This document shows, one piece after another, positions 18,062 to 27,356 of a stretch of DNA of 64,000 nt. This stretch comes from an uncultured Holophagales bacterium. Its GTDB lineage: Bacteria > Acidobacteriota > Thermoanaerobaculia > Multivoradales > UBA5704. The stretch lies in the NCBI GenBank assembly GCA_963842525.1, contig CAWJGT010000003.1, positions 1,934,552 through 1,998,551 on the forward strand. The letters are read 5' to 3'. The position numbers were made by a program, and so were the translations under genes. The notes beneath the pieces are model-generated. The model was not told the DNA's origin. It did not search any database and worked only from the letters and a program-made list of their open reading frames with translations. Numbering within the stretch: the stretch's first letter is position 1; the number at the start of each line of letters is the position of its first letter.

Positions 18062-18917
18062 TCTCGCGAAGTGAATGGGCGGGTTTTGTAAACTCGGCGC
18101 AAAGAATGTCGACGGCGTCGAGGAGATGCATGCCCACTCCCTCGCCGCGTTCCAGAAAAATCTCCTCCTTGAGCTCAAGTGTGAGAACGGTGTTAAGGGC
18201 CAGAACCGGAATCACGCGGCGGAGCTGATTATAGCGTTTGCCGAACCAATCTTCCAGGATTCTCGACAAACGGCCAATTTCCTCGGGAAAGTCTCTCAGA
18301 TCAAAATTTGTGTTTTTCGCCTGATAAAACAGAATTGGCCCTCCCCAGGCGCGTCCGAGCAACAGAAAGCCATCAGCGCCGTGATCACCGCTGCGCGAAA
18401 AATTCGGCAAGACGGATCCTGCCTCCCAAGGATTCAACCGCCTGCGGAACTCCTGGATTGTAAGCTTGGGCCCCTGTCGGTTTCGCCTTGGAGCGCCCAC
18501 ACAGAAAGCAGAGCCACCGGTAAGCGTATGGAGAGCACGGAACGCCTTTTCCTCAAAGTCCTTCGCGATCCTCCTGCCAATTCCGGTCATTGAGCTGAGC
18601 TCTGCGGTTTTCCGGGCAAGTCCGCGGTAACCGGGAAGTACCTCGAGCGAATCGCCACCGGAAGCAATCTGGAATGGGTAGACCAAGCCACGCTGGCGGT
18701 ACGCGGTTCGGGCGTGTTCGATGTATTGGCGCAGTGCTTGGACCCGGGTCGCAGTTTCCTCGGCATCGTCAACGGAGCGGCCGAAGAGCGGAATTTCCTC
18801 TTCATCGTCGCTCAGGTGAGGATCGAGCGAGAATTCGTGGAGGGGCTTTCCGCCCTCGATGGTCTCAACTTCGACCTGCCGAGCATCTTGGACGAAGGAG
18901 AGATCTGGCAAGCTCAT
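18042..18917 (-). CDS. Putative PD-(D/E)XK nuclease, Mrr-like catalytic motif
   Basis: AKDFEE helix, SGDHGADG and FYQAK match the Mrr-type E..D..QxK layout; ATG overlaps the stop of the upstream gene. Confidence 0.6.
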   Translation of the reverse strand: MSLPDLSFVQDARQVEVETIEGGKPLHEFSLDPHLSDDEEEIPLFGRSVDDAEETATRVQALRQYIEHARTAYRQRGLVYPFQIASGGDSLEVLPGYRGLARKTAELSSMTGIGRRIAKDFEEKAFRALHTLTGGSAFCVGAPRRNRQGPKLTIQEFRRRLNPWEAGSVLPNFSRSGDHGADGFLLLGRAWGGPILFYQAKNTNFDLRDFPEEIGRLSRILEDWFGKRYNQLRRVIPVLALNTVLTLELKEEIFLERGEGVGMHLLDAVDILCAEFTKPAHSLRETTCVVF

Positions 18918-20041
18918 CGGGCGGGGCTCAGGAGCTTTCGGCGAGACCCTAGAGTGGCATCGAAGAGGTCAAGCGCATCGCGAAGTTGACGGCTAGCCGT
19001 CTCTACCTGATCGAGGGCTGCAGGGTCTAATTCGGTGATACCGCCTGAGGCACGCTTAAGAGAACGCCGAGCTCGTTCGATGTGGCCGATTACCGTTGCG
19101 CCCGCAGCCTCAAGCTCTTCTCGCGCCTCAGCCAGCGAGGCACCGTTCTCGAGGGCTTCAACCGCCCATTCGTTGCCGAGGCATTCGTCCAAGTGCTTGA
19201 TGTCACGGATGCTTTCGATAGCCCGCTGCTGCCCAGTCTTCGTGTTGCCATAAATCCAACCGATCAGATACTCCAGCTTCGTCTGATCGTACTGTGGCGG
19301 CCGGAAAGGATCTGGATCCTCGACGATCCGTAGATAAGCCTTCGTGCGGGTGCGGCGCACCGCATCCCCAAGGTGCCAGAAGACCGTCTCTCCATCCGCT
19401 CCGGACGAGGGTAATTCGAGGCCCAACGTCCCGGCTTCTTCGAAGAGGCGGCGCGTCAGGAGGATCTGGCGAAGGTTGTTGACCCCGGTGTTGGTGAGGC
19501 GGGCAGCTTCCTTTAAGCTGAGCCCTGCTCGAAGTACCCGCTCGACGAATGCGCTTTTGGCGCTCGGTCCCCAATCCTTGGTTTTCGAGAGGTGGCGCAA
19601 CCCCAGATAGGCAAGGAGTTGTCTATCGTCGCCGCGAAAGATTAGGCAGGGAACATAGTCCAAGCCATGACGCCTAAAAGCCTCTCCCTCATCCGGGTCA
19701 TCCGAGTCACGCATGGCGCGAAGGGCAGCCAAGCGGCGATTGCCTTCGATAACGACATAGTTGGCGTTGCTCTGAGGGCGAACGATCAGGGGTTCGTAAG
19801 GGATATATCCGTTCTCTATGAACGAGGGGATCAACTCCCGGGCCCTCATCTCGCCGCTTAAAAGGAGCTGCTCAACTTGGGGCTGGGTCGGCTTGGAACC
19901 CAGGAGCTCAACAGTACGCGGATTGGTCGGATCGAACCGGAGCTTTTCGATCGAGATCCTGTGCAGCTCTCCATCCGGTAGACGCTGCATAGCAGCAGGA
20001 GTCCCTCGCATCCGGGAGGTAGCGGCTTTGGCAGAGGACAT
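18914..20041 (-). CDS. ParB/Sulfiredoxin N-terminal domain protein with HTH
   Basis: LRFDPTNPR, NGY.P.EPLIV, YVVIEGNRRLAALR, VPC, RH...K.W, then an HTH-like LSLKEAARLTN; RBS GAGGAG before ATG 20041. Confidence 0.8.
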   Translation of the reverse strand: MSSAKAATSRMRGTPAAMQRLPDGELHRISIEKLRFDPTNPRTVELLGSKPTQPQVEQLLLSGEMRARELIPSFIENGYIPYEPLIVRPQSNANYVVIEGNRRLAALRAMRDSDDPDEGEAFRRHGLDYVPCLIFRGDDRQLLAYLGLRHLSKTKDWGPSAKSAFVERVLRAGLSLKEAARLTNTGVNNLRQILLTRRLFEEAGTLGLELPSSGADGETVFWHLGDAVRRTRTKAYLRIVEDPDPFRPPQYDQTKLEYLIGWIYGNTKTGQQRAIESIRDIKHLDECLGNEWAVEALENGASLAEAREELEAAGATVIGHIERARRSLKRASGGITELDPAALDQVETASRQLRDALDLFDATLGSRRKLLSPAR

Positions 20042-20435
20042 GAGCAACTCCTCTCAGAATGACCTTGCGGCCGTGAGCAACGTGAGTGTAACAGAGAGAG
20101 CCCAAAGCACCCCTGCCCTCGGTGCGCTGCTGCATGAAACATGCGAACGGGGAAGGGGGCTGAGCCGGGCTCACCGCTGTCCTTTGCAGATCGCGTTGCG
20201 AGGGCTTGGAGCGACTCGGGCCGTTCCAGCTTTCATCCGGCGCTCAACGGCTCTATAACGCAGCGCCTCCTTGCGGCCCTTCAAGAGGCCGGGGTCGCTG
20301 CGGGCCGCCCCGGCTGTGGCATCGTCCGACTACAGTCTTCGGCAGCCGTGCACTCCGCGGCCTCGCACACCTGCCGCCGGACCTGCACCTCGATCTGTCC
20401 GGCGTCCCGCATCTCGCAGACGGCTTCGCGCCGGT

Positions 20436-20808
20436 GACCTCCACCATCTCCGCCTATCCCGAGGTGCGCCGCCGCATGGTGGCCCTCCAGCAGGAGGCCG
20501 CGAGCCTCTTCGGCGGCGTCCTGGAAGGGCGGGACATCGGCACGCGGGTCTTCCCCGGCACCCCTTACAAGTTCTTCCTCGACGCCCGCACCGATATCCG
20601 CGGCCAGCGCCGCTTCGACGAGCTCGCCCAGACCGGCCACCCGATCACCTACGAGCAGGTCCTCGAAGAGATGGCCCGCCGCGACCTGCGCGACAGCACC
20701 CGCGAGGACTCCCCGCTCACCCGGGACGCCAGCTACACCTTCGTCGACGCCTCGGACCTGACGGTCGACGAGGTCGTCGAAGAGATGGCGCGGCGGATCG
20801 GGGGGTAA
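20436..20808 (+). pseudogene. cmk: Second, 5'-truncated copy of cmk
   Basis: TSTISAYPEVRR...EEMARRIGG*, lacking the P-loop half. Confidence 0.92.
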
Positions 20809-20927
20809 TGCGGATCGTAATCCCAGGGCTGCTAAAGTAGCGGGCCTCGGGTGGGGGCGACCGCGGTCTTCCCGGGCAGAGTTTTTGCAGTCTTCCCTTC
20901 CGTCAAAGCTTTGAAAAGGAGATATCC

Positions 20928-21440
20928 ATGGGTCTGATTTCATTTGCCAAGAGCGTAGGCCGCAAGCTGGGCCTCGGAGACGATGACGACAAGAAGCCGG
21001 CACAGGGCGCACCCGCGCCGGCACAGGGACCGTCGCCGCAGCAGGTACAGGAGCTTCATGACCGCCGCAGGGCGGCTGCCCTGGTCAAGGTGATCGAGGG
21101 CATGGGCTTCAAGGTCAGCGAGCTCGGCGTCCGGGTCGACGGCGACAAGGTCACCCTGTCCGGCGAGGCTCCGAGCCAGTCGGACCGCGAGAAGATCGTC
21201 CTGCTGGTCGGCAACCACGAAGGGATCGGCGAGGTGGACGACAACATGACCGTCGCCAAGCAGGAGCCCGAGGCCAAGTATTACGAGGTCCAGAAGGGCG
21301 ACACCCTCTCCAAGATCGCCAAGGAGCACTACGGCAACGCCAACAAGTACCCGGTGATCTTCGAGGCCAACAAGCCCATGCTGAAGGACCCCGACGAGAT
21401 CTATCCGGGCCAGCGCCTGCGCATCCCGCCTGCCGCCTGA
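20928..21440 (+). CDS. lysM: BON+LysM protein (Kbp/YgaU family)
   Basis: MGLISFAKSVGRKL, EKI.L.VGN..GI..VDD, YEVQKGDTLSKIAKE.YG.ANKYP.IFEANKPML.DPD.IYPGQ.LRIP. Confidence 0.93.
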   Translation: MGLISFAKSVGRKLGLGDDDDKKPAQGAPAPAQGPSPQQVQELHDRRRAAALVKVIEGMGFKVSELGVRVDGDKVTLSGEAPSQSDREKIVLLVGNHEGIGEVDDNMTVAKQEPEAKYYEVQKGDTLSKIAKEHYGNANKYPVIFEANKPMLKDPDEIYPGQRLRIPPAA

Positions 21441-21454
21441 GCTCCGGTCCAGTC

Positions 21455-21485
21455 TGGAGCGGGAGGGCTGGTCCCTCTCGCTCCA
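21455..21485 (+). terminator. Hairpin after lysM, possible terminator
   Basis: TGGAGCGGGAGGG ctggt CCCTCTCGCTCCA followed by a weak T-tract. Confidence 0.45.
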
Positions 21486-21560
21486 TGTTCCCTTCCCCCG
21501 ACGTCCTTCCCAGGCGTCCTGTATAATTTATTCGTCAAGTGATCTGTGGAGGGCCTCAAC

Positions 21561-24500
21561 GTGCGTCGCATGACCCTGCTCGCGGTCTGCCTTCTCGTCC
21601 TGTTCCTTGCGGCCCCTGTGGGTGCCGCGGAGACCCGGATTCCCTTGCATGGACGGATCACCGGACCCGGGGGAGACCCGCTGCCGGGTGCCCGCGCCGT
21701 GCTGGTCCCGGTCGTTTCGTTCCATGAGTACGGCCGTCTCGTGTTGGAGGGACGCACCAACCCCGAGCCGGTGGCCGGTGTTGCCGCGGATGCTGACGGT
21801 GCGTTCCATCTGGCGGCTCCCGAGCCGGGCATGTGGAAGGTTCTGGTCGAGGCGAAGGGCTTCGTGCCTGCCGAGGTGCCGCTGGAGCCTCTTCTCGTGG
21901 AGACGGACCTGATGGTCAAGCTCGCGCGCGACGCCGGCGTCCGGGTGCGGGTGACCGGCCCGGACGGCCGCCCGCTGGCCGGAGCCCGGGTCCGGGTCGA
22001 GGACGCCAATCCCAGGTTCCTGCGGCCGTTGCCCCATCGCACGCCGGTGCGCATCGCGCTGACGGACGAGACGGGGCTCGCCGTGCTGCCCCGGGCCTCC
22101 GGCGAGACGGTGCACGTTCGGGCCGGTGCGCCGGGGTATCCGGTCGTCGAGGTCAAGGACGTGCGGGGCGACACCGCGACCGTGCGGCTCGCGCCGGGCA
22201 AGACCCGTGAGATCGAGGTCCGGGACGCCGCCAACAAGCCGGTGCCGGAGGTGGTCGTCCGCCTCGGCCAGGGCGCATGGGCCGTGGGCAGGACTTCGGA
22301 CGCCGGGCTCCTCGCCGTGGCTTTCGCCGAAGGAGGAGAACGGGGTCTGGTCCTGACCACCGAGGACGGCCGCTGGCTGGAGGCGTTCGTCCTGCCTCCG
22401 GGTCCCAAGGAGAAGGGACCGCAGAAGCTGCGGCTTGCCGCTCCGGAGATGCTGCCCGGGAGGGTCGTCTCCGCGGTGGACGGACGCCCGTTGCCCGGCG
22501 CGCTGGTCTGGAGATCCGGGGATGCGGGGGCTTTCCGCAAGACCGGCGTCACCGGCGACTTCCAGCTTCCGGTCGCGCCGGACCGGCAGGTCGAGGTGTC
22601 GGCCGCGGTGGCGGGCTTCTTCCAGGGAGACGCCGAGGTGGGGAGCCGGCCGGGGCGCCCCCGGCGACCACCCACCCTGGCCCTGGAGCCGGCGATGGTG
22701 GTGTCCGGGCGCGTGGTCGACGAGCGCGGCCAGGGAGTGGCGGGCGTCGAGATCCGGACCGCGCCGCAGATGGGCGGCCGCAGCAACCTGAGCCAGATCA
22801 GACGAATCGGCCGGAGCAACAGCAGCGGGATGCTGCGGACCGATGGCTCGGGCCGTTTCCGGCTCTCGGGCCTCGGCTCGGGGCTTGGCTATACGCTGCG
22901 GCTCACCCGGTCGGGCTTCGCTCCCCTGCGCGCCGAGATCCCGCCGCTGGAGCCCGGCCGGCCGGGCTCGGAGCTGCAATTGGTGATGCTCCAGGGACGG
23001 ACCGCCTTCGGCCGCGTGTTGGGCCCGTCGGAGGCGCCGGTTGCCGGGGCCCGTGTGACGTTGCGCTCCGCGGCGTCCACGGACCCGCGGGCTCGCATGC
23101 GGCAGATGTTTCAGCCGGAGGCCGGGTACGAGGCCGCCACCGGCGAGGGTGGGCGTTTCGAGCTCACAGACCTGCCTGCCGGGAGCTTCGACCTGGAGGT
23201 CCGGGGCCGTGGATACGCCCCGCTGACCGTCCCCGGGCTCGCCGTCCCGGAAGGCAAGGGGCGAACCGACCTGGGGACGGTGGTGCTGGCCCCCGGAGTC
23301 ACCCTCGAAGGATACGCCGTCGATCCCAACGGGCAGCCGGTCGCCGGGGCCGAAGTGCGCGCCAACGCGACACAATCCGAGCCCTTCGCCATGCCCATCC
23401 TGGACCCGGGAGAGGCCGCCGCGGTCACCGGCGCGGACGGCTCCTTCCGCATCGAGGACCGGCGCGCCGCCGAGACGCTCGACCTCCAGGTCACCCGCGA
23501 GGGGTATGCCCCGGGCCATCTTCCCGGCGTGCGGGTGCCGACCGAGCAGCCCCTCCGGGTAACCCTGCAGCCTGCCTCCGCGATCCTGGGGAAGGTCATC
23601 GATCCGGACGGCAAGCCCGTCCCGAACGCCAGGGTCTGGGCCGTTGCCATGGACGAAGCGCGCGGCATGCGGCCCATGGTCCCCGGGCGCTTCAACCAGG
23701 CCATTACCGACGAGCAGGGCGCGTTCCGGCTCGCCGGCGTCTCGCCGGGAGCGACCGAGCTGCACGCCATGGCGCAGGGCTGGCAGCCGGCGGAGCTGTC
23801 CAACCTGGAGGTCCCTGCCGGGCGCGATCTGAAGGGCGTCGAGGTCGTGCTCCAGCCCGGGGCCACGGTCGAAGGACGGATCCTCTCGCCGGCGGGACAG
23901 CCGGTGCCCGGCGCCGGTGTCAGCGTCCTGAAGACGGGCGAGGCCGCCATGATCCGGTTCTTCCGGCCGGACGCCACGGCCGACGGCGAGGGCTGGTACC
24001 TGATGGAGGGGGTCGCTCCCGGCCCGCACAGCGTCGCCGCCGAGCACCCGAGCTACCGGCGCGCCGTCCGCGACCTCGACGTGAAAATGGGGGAGAACAC
24101 GCTCGACCTGACCCTGGAGGGCGGGGCCGAGGTGAGCGGCCGGGTGGTGGACGACGCCGGGGCTCCGGTGGCCGGCGCGCGCATCCTCCTGCTGGAAGGA
24201 GGCCGCTCCTGGAACCTCCCCGAGGGGGCCAGCGGTGCGGACGGCGCCTTCGAGATCGCCGGGGTGCCTGACGGCGACTACCGGCTCTCCGCGGACAAGG
24301 AAGGCTTCGCCAGGGACCGCGAAGGGGACCTGGTGAAGGTCGCCGGCGCACCGGTCGCGGGCCTCGAGGTGCGACTGTCCCGCGGTGGCTCGATCGTCGG
24401 CCAGATCTCCGGGCTGGACCTGGCGGACCTGGCGCGGGTCCGCGTCGCCGCCGACGTGATGGGCCGGTTCGGCGAGGTCACCCCGGAAGGCGGCTACCGC

Positions 24501-25655
24501 ATCGACCATCTGGAGCCTGGCGAGTGGACCATCACCGCCAGCGTCCCGGGCACGCCGCTGCATGCGGAGGGGAGGGCCACCCTGGAGCCCGGGGCCTCCG
24601 AAACGCGGCTCGACCTGGAATTCGGCGGCGGCTTGACCCTGTCGGGCCGCCTGGTCCGCAACGGCGCGCCGGTCCGCGGCCAGTCCCTGACGCTGCAGGG
24701 AAACGCCTCGGAGATGCGCTGGGGCGAGACCGACCACGACGGCCGCTTCCGCTTCGACGGCCTGGAAAAAGGCTCGTACGAGCTGGAGCTCACAAGCTTC
24801 CGGGGTGGCCTGCGGCACCAGGAGGACGTGGAGATGACGGACGACCGCGAGGTGCTCATCGAGCTGAACACCGTCACGGTGTCCGGCCGGGTACTGGATG
24901 GGGTCGACTCCAGCCCGATCGCCGGCGCCACGGTCACCCTTCTGCCCGGTGCCGACCTCAGGGATTCCTCCTTCCCGCCGGAGGTCCGGACGGACTCCCG
25001 CGGCGCGTTCCGTCTCCCGGACGTGTCCGAGGGAGATTGGACGGTGCGCGCGGTCGCCGAGGGCTATGGGCCTGTCGAGATGAGCCTCGCGGTTGCCGGC
25101 ACGCCCATGGACGACCTTGACCTGACCCTCCAGGCCACCGAGGGAGTGAGCTTCGAGGTCGTTCTCCCCTCCGGACGGCCGCCGGACCAGGTGCAACTGG
25201 CGGTTCTCGACGCCGCGGGCAAGGCCGTGGCCTCCGGCTCCTACCCGGTGGGCGAGAACGGAAGGGTGCGCGTCTCAACCATTCCCGCCGGAACCTGGGA
25301 GCTCCTGCTGGACAGCCCCGGCGCAGCGCCGACCAGCGTCTCGATCACAGCGCCGGGGAACGCGGGCCGGGTGATCCTGCCGCCGGCCGGCGGTCTGCGA
25401 ATTCAGGTGCCAGGGCTTTCCGGAGCGCGCACGGCGGCCACCGTGGCGCTCACCGGAGCCGGCGGGCGCCCCTTCCGGGCCCTTGAATGGAGCGGAGGGG
25501 TCAAGACGAGCTTCGAGCTGGACAGCGGATCGAGGCGCTTCGAGCGCCTCCCACCGGGCGTCTGGGAGGTCCGGGTCACCGCCGCCGACGGGCGGACCTG
25601 GACCGGCAAGGCGAACGTTGCGCCGGGGGTTACGGCAGAGGTGGTGCTGGAGTAG
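21561..25655 (+). CDS. Large secreted protein with many carboxypeptidase-regulatory-like (prealbumin-fold) repeats
   Basis: Signal peptide TLLAVCLLVLFLAAPVGA; repeated G.V.D..G.PV.GA.V...TD..G.F.L..L.PG.Y.L modules. Confidence 0.88.
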   Translation: MRRMTLLAVCLLVLFLAAPVGAAETRIPLHGRITGPGGDPLPGARAVLVPVVSFHEYGRLVLEGRTNPEPVAGVAADADGAFHLAAPEPGMWKVLVEAKGFVPAEVPLEPLLVETDLMVKLARDAGVRVRVTGPDGRPLAGARVRVEDANPRFLRPLPHRTPVRIALTDETGLAVLPRASGETVHVRAGAPGYPVVEVKDVRGDTATVRLAPGKTREIEVRDAANKPVPEVVVRLGQGAWAVGRTSDAGLLAVAFAEGGERGLVLTTEDGRWLEAFVLPPGPKEKGPQKLRLAAPEMLPGRVVSAVDGRPLPGALVWRSGDAGAFRKTGVTGDFQLPVAPDRQVEVSAAVAGFFQGDAEVGSRPGRPRRPPTLALEPAMVVSGRVVDERGQGVAGVEIRTAPQMGGRSNLSQIRRIGRSNSSGMLRTDGSGRFRLSGLGSGLGYTLRLTRSGFAPLRAEIPPLEPGRPGSELQLVMLQGRTAFGRVLGPSEAPVAGARVTLRSAASTDPRARMRQMFQPEAGYEAATGEGGRFELTDLPAGSFDLEVRGRGYAPLTVPGLAVPEGKGRTDLGTVVLAPGVTLEGYAVDPNGQPVAGAEVRANATQSEPFAMPILDPGEAAAVTGADGSFRIEDRRAAETLDLQVTREGYAPGHLPGVRVPTEQPLRVTLQPASAILGKVIDPDGKPVPNARVWAVAMDEARGMRPMVPGRFNQAITDEQGAFRLAGVSPGATELHAMAQGWQPAELSNLEVPAGRDLKGVEVVLQPGATVEGRILSPAGQPVPGAGVSVLKTGEAAMIRFFRPDATADGEGWYLMEGVAPGPHSVAAEHPSYRRAVRDLDVKMGENTLDLTLEGGAEVSGRVVDDAGAPVAGARILLLEGGRSWNLPEGASGADGAFEIAGVPDGDYRLSADKEGFARDREGDLVKVAGAPVAGLEVRLSRGGSIVGQISGLDLADLARVRVAADVMGRFGEVTPEGGYRIDHLEPGEWTITASVPGTPLHAEGRATLEPGASETRLDLEFGGGLTLSGRLVRNGAPVRGQSLTLQGNASEMRWGETDHDGRFRFDGLEKGSYELELTSFRGGLRHQEDVEMTDDREVLIELNTVTVSGRVLDGVDSSPIAGATVTLLPGADLRDSSFPPEVRTDSRGAFRLPDVSEGDWTVRAVAEGYGPVEMSLAVAGTPMDDLDLTLQATEGVSFEVVLPSGRPPDQVQLAVLDAAGKAVASGSYPVGENGRVRVSTIPAGTWELLLDSPGAAPTSVSITAPGNAGRVILPPAGGLRIQVPGLSGARTAATVALTGAGGRPFRALEWSGGVKTSFELDSGSRRFERLPPGVWEVRVTAADGRTWTGKANVAPGVTAEVVLE

Positions 25656-25659
25656 GGCT

Positions 25660-25912
25660 CTAGCTCGCGGTGCGGAAGCTCTTCCCTCAAAATCCGTCGA
25701 AGAGTCGCTTCGTCGACCGGAGTCGCTGAACGGTCGAGATACTCGCGTAAGGCTTGATTGATCATCGGTTGATAGCCGCCACCGGAAGCGTCGGCCTTTT
25801 CCCGAAAGGCTTCCAGGACGTCATCGTCGAGATAGATCGTAATCCGGGTCTTGCCTTTCGGCCGGATCACCGGGCCACGCTTGCCGCTACTAAAATCGTA
25901 CTCTTTCTTCAT
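25660..25912 (-). CDS. brnA: BrnA family antitoxin (1-nt indel near the 3' end)
   Basis: MKKEYDFS.GKRG...KTRITIYLDDDVLEAFR...GYQ.MINQALREY; removing one base near 25677 gives ELRTAS* and avoids a long antisense overlap. Confidence 0.85.
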
Positions 25913-26167
25913 AGTGCCGCCTTTCTGCTCGTGTCGCGGGGCGGGCCGAGATCAACTGCACGTCTTCGCCGCGGTAGGTGTACACCACGACCAGAGTGCG
26001 TCCCACGGCATCCAGACCGATTGAGATGTGGCGTTGCTCCCCGAGGCCGCTGAGTCCTCGATCGTCACGGCGTAAGGATCGTAGAGAACCAGCTCAGCAT
26101 CGGAGAAGCGGACTCCGTGTTTCTCCAGATTGGCTTCCGCCTTATCCGGGTCCCAGGTGGCCCGCAT
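25890..26167 (-). pseudogene. brnT: BrnT family toxin with a frameshift near 26040
   Basis: WDPDKAEANLEKHGVRFSDA..V..DP, then in another frame QRHISIGLDAVGRTLVVVYTYRGEDVQLISARPAT. Confidence 0.85.
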
Positions 26168-26173
26168 GCATAC

Positions 26174-26202
26174 ACGATACATACGCTGCGGCCTGAAGTC
26201 AA
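26174..26202 (-). promoter_or_regulatory. Sigma70-like promoter of brnTA
   Basis: TTGACT-17 bp-TATCGT just upstream of the brnT ATG. Confidence 0.5.
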
Positions 26203-27356
26203 GGCCTCCGCTGGCCGGCCGCTTCGGCTGCGAACCGCACGAGCTTCGGCTCCGAGAGGGTCTTTCCGTCGTAGACCCGGAGGACGAGGCCGGAGCCGTC
26301 GGCGGTGGCGGCGCAGCCGGAGAGGAGGACCCAGACGTCGCCGTTGGGCACGAGGATCTGGGTCACCGGCATCACGTCGCCGCTCCTGGTGCGCACCTCG
26401 CTCTGGGACTCGGCGAGGCGGACCCAGGTGCCGTTCTGGAGCAGCCGGGTGACCAGGATCTTCTCCCCCGACGGGCTTCGGCGGTCGAACCAGACCAGCC
26501 GCAGCGCGCCCCGGTGGTCGCCGTAGGGGAGGTCCACCCAGTAGTCGCGGCCCTGCCGCCAGCTCCCCACCACCTCGGTCGAGCCCCAGGGGGTCCAGAT
26601 CGAGCGCTGCCACTTCGTCCCGGAGTCGCCGGAGAGATAGACCACGCCGTCGGCCGAGATGTAGGCGACGGAGGTGCCGGTGAGGGCGATGAGCTGGCCG
26701 CGCCGCTCGGCCGGCAGGCTCGGCAGGCCGGTTACCCAGGTCTCAGGGCGGCCGGAGGCGGAGAACAGGCCCGTGCCGCAGAGGATGCCGTCCTTGCGCT
26801 GCGGTGCCGGCAGCGTCTGCGGCTGGCCGATGGCGGTGACGCCCAGAGAGCCGCGGCTCCTCCACTCGCGGCCTTCGAGACGGTAGGCCCACGTCTTGAC
26901 CAGCCCGTCCTGCCCGGTCCCTCCCTGGAGGACCAGCCACGGACCTCCGGAGTGGTCCCAGGTGGTGGTGAGCGTCGAGGCGGCCGGCGTCGTCAGCGGC
27001 TCGCCGAGCGGCTGCCATGTCCCGGCGCTCCATTTCACGGGCTGGATGCACGATGCGCCGCAAGGGAGCGCGGCCACCACGGGTCCCGGGCCGACCGATC
27101 CGGAGAACAGCCCCTTGGGTGGATCCGGCCAGGCGCGGGCCTCGCCACCATCTCCTTGGACCTCCACGATCCAGCCCTTGCCCTTCGAGCCGAGAGGCGG
27201 CACCGAGAAGAGCATCCGGCCGGAGGTGGTGTCGATCCCGATCAGGGTCAGGGACGTCGAGCTATCGCAAATGGCTGGCGCAGCGGCGACGGCGGGGACA
27301 AGGACAAAAAGGACGGCAAGGACGGCAAAGACGATCAGGCTGGATGGGATTCTCAT
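26199..27356 (-). CDS. Secreted hypothetical protein, Trp/Gly-rich, possibly a beta-propeller
   Basis: Signal peptide MRIPSSLIVFAVLAVLFVLVPAVAA; BNR-like SGDSGTKW; ATG overlaps the upstream stop. Confidence 0.7.
   Translation of the reverse strand: MRIPSSLIVFAVLAVLFVLVPAVAAAPAICDSSTSLTLIGIDTTSGRMLFSVPPLGSKGKGWIVEVQGDGGEARAWPDPPKGLFSGSVGPGPVVAALPCGASCIQPVKWSAGTWQPLGEPLTTPAASTLTTTWDHSGGPWLVLQGGTGQDGLVKTWAYRLEGREWRSRGSLGVTAIGQPQTLPAPQRKDGILCGTGLFSASGRPETWVTGLPSLPAERRGQLIALTGTSVAYISADGVVYLSGDSGTKWQRSIWTPWGSTEVVGSWRQGRDYWVDLPYGDHRGALRLVWFDRRSPSGEKILVTRLLQNGTWVRLAESQSEVRTRSGDVMPVTQILVPNGDVWVLLSGCAATADGSGLVLRVYDGKTLSEPKLVRFAAEAAGQRRP

Larger units (their letters stand above)
16071..20435. mobile_element. 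Integrase-less genomic islet between duplicated cmk 3' halves
   Basis: Visibly lower GC and non-host codon usage; bounded by the long direct repeat; three defence-like genes. Confidence 0.85.

Noticed and set aside
21528-25196. 1222-aa antisense ORF and similar long shadow ORFs (3966-6065, 41021-43417, 45261-47405)
   Set aside because: Typical high-GC antisense shadows of well-supported genes, with no motifs.
25403-25659. Long C-terminal extension of BrnA antisense to the upstream gene
   Set aside because: A one-base correction restores a normal stop at 25660.
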